A stretch of 35,731 bases of DNA from a virus. Lineage: Duplodnaviria; Caudoviricetes. A program made the position numbers and the translations under genes. A model generated the notes under the pieces. It was not told the origin of the DNA, searched no databases, and was given only the letters and a program-made list of their open reading frames with translations. Location of the stretch: IMG/VR virus record IMGVR_UViG_3300005739_000012, positions 1 to 35,731 of that record. One strand, given 5' to 3'. Shown here one piece after another: positions 30,671 through 35,731 of this stretch (its first letter is position 1; each line of letters begins with the position of its first letter).

Positions 30671-32215
30671 ATGAACCTCACGTACGTTGAGCTGTTCGCA
30701 GGGGCCGGAGGGATGAGCCTCGGGCTAGAGATGGCGGGCTGGCGATGCGTGGCCCACGCGGAAATCGAACCACACGCTCGGGCGGTCCTTCGCCACCATT
30801 GGCCCGATGTTCCACTCTATGGCGATGTCAGCCAGTTGGATGGTCGCCAGTTCAAGGGCGTGACGATGCTAACTGGCGGGTCGCCGTGTCAGGACTTGTC
30901 CATCGCAGGCAAGCGAGCGGGGATGGCAGATGGTACGCGATCCTCGTTGTTCTTTGAGCAGGTCCGTATCTGGAACGAGATGGAAGCCCCCTTCATCCTT
31001 TGGGAGAATGTCTATGGAGCCTTTAGCTCAAACGCCGGGCGAGACTTCGCCGCCGTCCTTACTGCACTCGTTGGGGCAGATGTCCCTGTTCCCGCCAAGC
31101 GATGGAAGCGTGCAGGTTACGTTGTTGGACCTGCCGGAGTCGCCGCGTGGCGGACATTGGACGCTCAATACTTCGGGGTGCCACAGCGCCGCCGCCGTGT
31201 CTTTGTCCTCGGTTCTCGTGACCCCCGAGTCGATCCGGCCCAAGTATTATCTCTCCTCGAAAGCCTGTCAGGGCATTCTGCGTCGAGCGGCAAAGCGCGG
31301 CAAAGCTCTGCCGCCGATTCTGGAACAGGCACTTACGAAGCAAGCGGAGCGCGAGGATTTAGCTTCTCCGATAGCGTTGGATACTTGACCGACGTAATGC
31401 CGACGATACCAGTCGGTGTTGCAAAGGGAACAGGATCGCAGATGATTGGCGTGTTGACCTATGTACCAACGTCTATTGGTGATATTCGAGAAAACGATAT
31501 TGCCAAGACCATGACGAAAAACTCTGGAGGGGGTGGTGAAAGTCAGAACCCTGCCTTTGTCGTTGCAGTAGATGTCTACAATCAGACCATCAACACCGAT
31601 GGCATCGCGCACACAATTCGAGCGCACAATGCGGGAGAAGGCATTCCGCACACGATTAGCTTTGATAACCGCCCACAGGTTAGCACCGATGGCGTGACGG
31701 AAACACTCACCACCGAAGGTACGCGCAATCCGATGTCCGTCGTGATGGGCGTCGATCGACAGAATGGATTACCATTTGATGAGGTGGCCCCTACGCTCAA
31801 GACGGATGTTTCGCATCAGATGGGTCCAATCGTAATGCGGCAACGCGAAGGCAAGCCAGGCGGCGGGAAGGGGCCGCTCTTAAGTGCCGAGCGTTCGCTC
31901 ACGCTCGGCACGGCAAACGATCAAGTCGTATTCGGGACATTGCAAGCGACCGATGCGACCAAGTGGGGGAGCAACCAGTGGGTGGAGGAAGGCAAGGTCC
32001 ACCTTGAAGCTGGCATTCCTCGCCGTCTGACGCCGATGGAGTGCGAGCGGCTGATGGGCTGGCCTGACCTCCACACCGCAACTGGCGTAAACGAGAAGGG
32101 CAAGGTCTACCAGTTGGCGGACACGGCCCGATACAAGCTGTGCGGGAATGGAATAGCCAGCCCAGTGACGGCGTGGATTGGGTTCCAGCTCCGTGCCGCC
32201 GTTGAGTTGCTGTAA
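30671..32215 (+). CDS. DNA cytosine-5 methyltransferase with long variable region
   Basis: ELFAGAGG (I), GGSPCQ (IV), ENV (VI), QRRRR (VIII), RRLTPMECERLMGWPD (IX), YKLCGNG (X); GAGG SD before ATG 30671. Confidence 0.95.
   Translation: MNLTYVELFAGAGGMSLGLEMAGWRCVAHAEIEPHARAVLRHHWPDVPLYGDVSQLDGRQFKGVTMLTGGSPCQDLSIAGKRAGMADGTRSSLFFEQVRIWNEMEAPFILWENVYGAFSSNAGRDFAAVLTALVGADVPVPAKRWKRAGYVVGPAGVAAWRTLDAQYFGVPQRRRRVFVLGSRDPRVDPAQVLSLLESLSGHSASSGKARQSSAADSGTGTYEASGARGFSFSDSVGYLTDVMPTIPVGVAKGTGSQMIGVLTYVPTSIGDIRENDIAKTMTKNSGGGGESQNPAFVVAVDVYNQTINTDGIAHTIRAHNAGEGIPHTISFDNRPQVSTDGVTETLTTEGTRNPMSVVMGVDRQNGLPFDEVAPTLKTDVSHQMGPIVMRQREGKPGGGKGPLLSAERSLTLGTANDQVVFGTLQATDATKWGSNQWVEEGKVHLEAGIPRRLTPMECERLMGWPDLHTATGVNEKGKVYQLADTARYKLCGNGIASPVTAWIGFQLRAAVELL
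31014..31388 (+). CDS. Out-of-frame overlapping ORF, M.EcoHK31I beta-polypeptide-like
   Basis: GGGAG 7 nt before the ATG; RGGHWTLNTS...SLSSVL...KYYLSSKACQGILRRAAKRGKALP pattern. Confidence 0.65.
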   Translation: MEPLAQTPGETSPPSLLHSLGQMSLFPPSDGSVQVTLLDLPESPRGGHWTLNTSGCHSAAAVSLSSVLVTPESIRPKYYLSSKACQGILRRAAKRGKALPPILEQALTKQAEREDLASPIALDT

Positions 32216-32228
32216 CACGCAGTAAACG

Positions 32229-32639
32229 CAGGGACAGCGGGCCTACTCTCGGTCTCCCGCTGGCGTTGGTTTCGGAGCTAACGCAACCAATCCTGACCGT
32301 GCCTGTCGCACCCGATCAAAACAAATCCACGCTCTGTCAGCCTACAACGTGGTCGGTCGTTTCGGGGAGTCGATGGGGAGCTACACGGGGTGACAACGGC
32401 CCCGCAGGTAACCGGTCGAAGGGGTTCCACGTGCGCCGGCGTGGACACGCAGACCGCCCCACCGTTGGCCTTCCGCCCACTGCCATGCCAACACCCGCCT
32501 AACGACCGGGAATGGCCCCGGCATATCCTGAACTATTAACCATTAGTTAAAGGTTCGCCGCTCAACTTATAGCATTTCGCTATACTTTAAGCTGTTGCGA
32601 AACGTCGGTACTGCTTGACAATTACCGACAGAACGCAAC
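32229..32639 (+). ncRNA. Candidate large structured RNA or origin element
   Basis: Near-continuous nested stems, several with G-U pairs on the + strand; no credible ORF. Confidence 0.5.
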
Positions 32640-32643
32640 GCTT

Positions 32644-32672
32644 TTGCATTTCGCCGCCCATTGGTTTATCAT
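32644..32672 (+). promoter_or_regulatory. Putative sigma70-type promoter
   Basis: TTGCAT (32644-32649), 17 nt, TATCAT (32667-32672). Confidence 0.65.
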
Positions 32673-32675
32673 ATA

Positions 32676-32785
32676 GCCGCACCCTCCTGTTTCCGTGTCG
32701 GGGGACCAGCAAATAGATCAGGGTGCTAAACCCCGGAATACCGGGTGCGACCCGTCAGCCTTCACCGGCTGGCGGGTTTGTTTTT
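32676..32785 (+). ncRNA. Candidate small RNA of about 110 nt
   Basis: Bounded by a promoter and an intrinsic terminator; no SD-led ORF; stems GCACCCT/AGGGTGC and CCCGG/CCGGG. Confidence 0.55.
32750..32785 (+). terminator. Intrinsic terminator
   Basis: ACCCGTCAGCC-ttcacc-GGCTGGCGGGT then TTGTTTTT. Confidence 0.85.
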
Positions 32786-32793
32786 GCCCCCTA

Positions 32794-32822
32794 TTGACAG
32801 CCCCGAGTTTTGGCATTACTCT
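32794..32822 (+). promoter_or_regulatory. Putative sigma70-type early promoter
   Basis: TTGACA (32794-32799), 17 nt, TACTCT (32817-32822). Confidence 0.7.
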
Positions 32823-32850
32823 ATTGGCACCCCCCTCACACGGAGACCCT

Positions 32851-33096
32851 ATGGAAACGGTCGGTTGCCCAACGTGCGGTTTGCCAATGCAGGTGAGCGT
32901 CTACTACTCGCCGCCTGATCCGTCGGTCGGCCTCAATGCGGACTATGAGGTCTACATTGAGGAAGCTGACTGCGACCACGAATTGACACAGAAGCAGGAA
33001 GAAGAACTCTTTGACGAACTCTGGGATCGGGCGCAGGAAGCCAAAGCCTCGCACTACGAGGATGACCGCTACGCTCGAGGCTACGATGACCTCTGA
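32851..33096 (+). CDS. Small acidic hypothetical protein
   Basis: GGAGA SD; CPTC; PPDPSVGL motif. Confidence 0.7.
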   Translation: METVGCPTCGLPMQVSVYYSPPDPSVGLNADYEVYIEEADCDHELTQKQEEELFDELWDRAQEAKASHYEDDRYARGYDDL

Positions 33097-33349
33097 CCGC
33101 GTGAACGTGGTGCTGGCGCAGGTCGAGGGCTTTCGCCAGCGGCTCCACGATATTCAGCGGGAGATGGACCCGCTCATGGACGAGTACGAGAACCTGAAGT
33201 CCATCAACAACCGGGACGATGAGCGGTTGCACGATGCGCTAGCGATGGTCTGGAACGCATGGTGGGATATATCCGACACGGTAGGATACCTTCGGGCGGC
33301 ACAACGTCGCCTCCGCGACGAGGACGGCATCCTCGCAGACGCAGAGTAG
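33086..33349 (+). CDS. Coiled-coil hypothetical protein
   Basis: GAGG SD; overlaps the upstream stop. Confidence 0.65.
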   Translation: MTSDRVNVVLAQVEGFRQRLHDIQREMDPLMDEYENLKSINNRDDERLHDALAMVWNAWWDISDTVGYLRAAQRRLRDEDGILADAE

Positions 33350-33361
33350 GAGAGGCAGACA

Positions 33362-34018
33362 ATGGCGATTCTCAAGTTGCAGAACGAAGGCGACTCGCAC
33401 ACGATGACCGTGACCGAGTGCAAGACCGTGACCGGGAACTACGGAGAGCAGGTATTGTTCTCCGACGGCACGGATGCGCTGTACCTCCCCAAGCAGTCGG
33501 CTGACCGGCAGTTGGATCGCATCGGGTTGGACGAGGCGAGCGTGGTGGGGATGAACCTGACCTTCAGCCGCGACCCGAACCCGAAGAAGGGCGCGAAGCC
33601 GTACTGGGGCATCAGCTACGCCGGAGTTCTCACGGAACCAACCCAGCCCAAGCCGACTGCTCGCGTGGTACCACAGGCGGTCCCATCTGCTTCCACAGGT
33701 GGCGTCCAGCCGCGCCGTGAGGCGATTCTAGGCCAGTATCTCCTGCTCTGGGATGCGGTGGCAGGGCATCTGGCGCAGACCTCCCAGAAGTACGGCTACG
33801 GCCTCGACGCGGCGGCGATTCAGGCCGCGACTGCGACGGTCTGGATTAGCTGGAAGGACAAGGGCATCCAGCCTGACGGCCTTGCGGAAGCCAAGCCGAC
33901 CGAGAAGGCACCCGAGGTCAAGATGCCGGCGGCAAGCGGGAAGCGTTTGGCTCCGCCTGACTTCAGCAAGATCCCGCCGCCGGATGACAACGACATGGAC
34001 GATTCGCTCCCCTTCTAG
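33362..34018 (+). CDS. Single-stranded DNA-binding-like protein
   Basis: OB-fold-like N-terminus (GNYGEQVLF), Pro-rich linker, acidic tail DDNDMDDSLPF. Confidence 0.6.
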   Translation: MAILKLQNEGDSHTMTVTECKTVTGNYGEQVLFSDGTDALYLPKQSADRQLDRIGLDEASVVGMNLTFSRDPNPKKGAKPYWGISYAGVLTEPTQPKPTARVVPQAVPSASTGGVQPRREAILGQYLLLWDAVAGHLAQTSQKYGYGLDAAAIQAATATVWISWKDKGIQPDGLAEAKPTEKAPEVKMPAASGKRLAPPDFSKIPPPDDNDMDDSLPF

Positions 34019-34021
34019 GCG

Positions 34022-34228
34022 ATGAAGCGAATCCGAGCGGACCACGAATGGTACGAACTCCGAGGGGCGCGGGTTCGCGTCTCTCGGGAGGTTCGGGACT
34101 GCGATATGGCGGAGCATCAGGATGGCTGGCGCGGGGCAATTCAGCCCGGTGACGTCTACGCGTGGATGAGCCACGGCCTGAATGTTTGCGCCCAACACTT
34201 TGACGCGGAGGATGTAGTAGATGGATGA
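34022..34228 (+). CDS. Hypothetical protein
   Basis: Tightly packed ORF with C..H...IQPGDVY...CAQH. Confidence 0.6.
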   Translation: MKRIRADHEWYELRGARVRVSREVRDCDMAEHQDGWRGAIQPGDVYAWMSHGLNVCAQHFDAEDVVDG

Positions 34229-34631
34229 AGTCGAACTCGAACTCGCCCGGCGGCGTCAGCCGATCAGCTTCGGGCTGTTTGACATCCAGCCGAAGGCGCG
34301 GGCCAGCGACCCTGCCACCTCGCACAACGCGGCAGACGCTATCCTGCCGCGCTCGGGGACGGCAAAGGCGCGACTGCTCGAGGCGCACTACGCCCACCCA
34401 GAGGGCCTGACCGATCGCGAGGCGGCGGAGTGGGCGGGTCTGAATCTGCGATCGGAGTACGCCACGCGCTGTTCGGAGCTGGTGCGGTCGGGCTTGCTCT
34501 GCGATACCGAGGAGACCCGCCAAGATCCTGACACGAAGGCCGATCGTATGGTCCGCCGCATCACCGCAAAGGGCGAGCAGTTAATGACCCGTGAACCCCA
34601 ACCCGCCCGACTGGGCCGGAGTGCGATATGA
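34221..34631 (+). CDS. Winged-HTH DNA-binding protein
   Basis: ARASDPATSHNAA, GLTDREAA, TRCSELVRSGLL motifs. Confidence 0.75.
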   Translation: MDEVELELARRRQPISFGLFDIQPKARASDPATSHNAADAILPRSGTAKARLLEAHYAHPEGLTDREAAEWAGLNLRSEYATRCSELVRSGLLCDTEETRQDPDTKADRMVRRITAKGEQLMTREPQPARLGRSAI

Positions 34632-34903
34632 TTGACGATTCACGCAACCTCAACGCCGTGACGGCCGAGCCGTCTGGCATTATCTACATCTATGTTGGCG
34701 AAGGCAATAATCGGACGCGCCTACAACGCGAGAAGTGGGAAGGCCACGTCTGGGGCTGGTCGGCAACGACAGACTTGATCCCGGGTATGGGGCGTGGCGC
34801 GGTGTTCGGAAGCTGGCACGAAATGATGGCGTATGTGTTCCAGCGGCAGGCACTCACGCCAGCCGAGTATCAGGCCGCGTATGAGATGCGGGAGGCCAAG
34901 TGA
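34628..34903 (+). CDS. Hypothetical protein
   Basis: ATGA coupling, GGAG SD. Confidence 0.65.
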   Translation: MIDDSRNLNAVTAEPSGIIYIYVGEGNNRTRLQREKWEGHVWGWSATTDLIPGMGRGAVFGSWHEMMAYVFQRQALTPAEYQAAYEMREAK

Positions 34904-35079
34904 AATGGCGCTGTGAGAACGAGGAGCCGAAGACCATCGCGGACCTGCAGGCCGAGGAGGCGACGGTCGAGTGGCGTGATGTGTACCGTGGGAGTCGGAT
35001 TGAGCATCGGTTCTATCCGCATCACTACGCTCGGATACTCGTTGCCAAAGGCACGCGGCAGGGATGGGCGCTTGACTGA
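34900..35079 (+). CDS. 59-aa hypothetical protein (not in ORF track)
   Basis: GTGA overlap after GGAGG; MKWRCENEEPKTIADLQAEE... Confidence 0.55.
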   Translation: MKWRCENEEPKTIADLQAEEATVEWRDVYRGSRIEHRFYPHHYARILVAKGTRQGWALD

Positions 35080-35083
35080 CCAG

Positions 35084-35647
35084 ATGATGTTCACATATCG
35101 CGGCGTGTCGGTGCATCAGAACGGCTACGTGGGCGATGTGTTTCGGGCGCTGTTCCGCACGTTCAAGCCGGTCAAAGTGCTAGAGATTGGCACGGCGGAC
35201 GGCGGGCTGACGATCCTGCTCCGCGACCTGCTCGACGAGGCTGGCCTCAAGGCGACCGACCTCTGGACGTGCGATCCGGTCGTGCGCGATCGGCCCCACC
35301 TACTGCACCCCGGCATCATGTATTATGCCGTGGACGCGCTCAACTCATCGGTGCTGGAGTACCACGTGAAGTACGCCGAAGGCCCGGCGCTCGTTCTCTG
35401 CGATGGTGGCAATAAGCCAGCCGAGTTCAACAAGTACGCGGCGTTCCTGCGGTCGGGCGATGTCATCATGGCGCACGACTATGCCGTGGACCATGACCAG
35501 TTCTACACGGAGATGAAGGACAAGCATTGGAACTGGTGGGAGATTGAGGACGCGCAGATCCGCGAGGCCTGCCAGAAGTATCAACTGGAGCCATTCATGC
35601 AAGCCGAGTTTCAGCGGGTCGCGTGGGCGTGTCGGAGGAAGGCGTGA
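35084..35647 (+). CDS. Class I SAM methyltransferase, CmcI / Methyltransf_24-like
   Basis: KPVKVLEIGTADGG, LVLCDGG, LRSGDVIMAHD; start at 35084 or TTG 35072. Confidence 0.8.
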   Translation: MMFTYRGVSVHQNGYVGDVFRALFRTFKPVKVLEIGTADGGLTILLRDLLDEAGLKATDLWTCDPVVRDRPHLLHPGIMYYAVDALNSSVLEYHVKYAEGPALVLCDGGNKPAEFNKYAAFLRSGDVIMAHDYAVDHDQFYTEMKDKHWNWWEIEDAQIREACQKYQLEPFMQAEFQRVAWACRRKA

Positions 35648-35731
35648 AGCGGACCCCGCTTAAGCGCAAAAAGCGCCTGACGAGCAAGGCCAAGCCAAAG
35701 CCGCGTCAACGGATTAAGGCCAAGCCGCGTA
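35644..35731 (+). CDS. Truncated basic ORF, probably the N-terminus of the nuclease at 1-222
   Basis: GTGA overlap after GGAGG; MKRTPLKRKKRLTSKAKPKPRQRIKAKPR runs off the window end. Confidence 0.6.
   Translation, partial: MKRTPLKRKKRLTSKAKPKPRQRIKAKPR

Noticed and set aside
32431-32455. GTGCGCCGGCGTGG resembling a group II intron 5' end
   Set aside because: No domain V/VI or reverse transcriptase seen; the motif lies inside a local hairpin.
32266-32502. 78-aa ORF in the structured region
   Set aside because: TTG start buried in a stem with no SD, not coupled to neighbours, protein looks non-globular.
32720-32735. GGTGCTAAACCC resembling part of a SAM-I riboswitch
   Set aside because: The AUC/GAU P1 core and kink-turn elements are absent.
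32676-32750. tRNA-like reading of the small RNA
   Set aside because: No TTCRA T-loop, D-loop consensus or cloverleaf could be drawn.

Overview
The window is a GC-rich, apparently near-complete genome of a tailed dsDNA phage of siphovirus type (HK97-like head, non-contractile tail). All credible genes lie on the + strand and many are coupled by overlapping stop/start codons. Gene order: small early genes and nucleases; GT2 glycosyltransferase; TerS; PBSX-type TerL; a 971-aa portal-MuF fusion; a fibre cassette inserted in the head module; prohead protease; major capsid protein; a glycosyltransferase directly after the capsid gene; neck and tail genes with a -1 frameshifted chaperone; tape measure; a 1459-aa tail-tip protein ending in Thr-rich collagen repeats; two tandem GT4-like paralogs; lysis cassette; metallophosphoesterase; a C5 DNA methyltransferase with an overlapping out-of-frame ORF; about 570 nt of structured non-coding DNA; an SSB-like gene; a CmcI-like methyltransferase. 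I could not recognise an integrase, repressor, polymerase, helicase, primase or replication initiator. The best candidates for new biology are (1) a putative virion-glycosylation system of four glycosyltransferases, a possible O-methyltransferase and a Gly-X-Thr collagen fibre, and (2) an attenuator / split methyltransferase / structured RNA / sRNA module located where replication genes would normally be. Family calls come from motif recognition by eye; no database searches were run.
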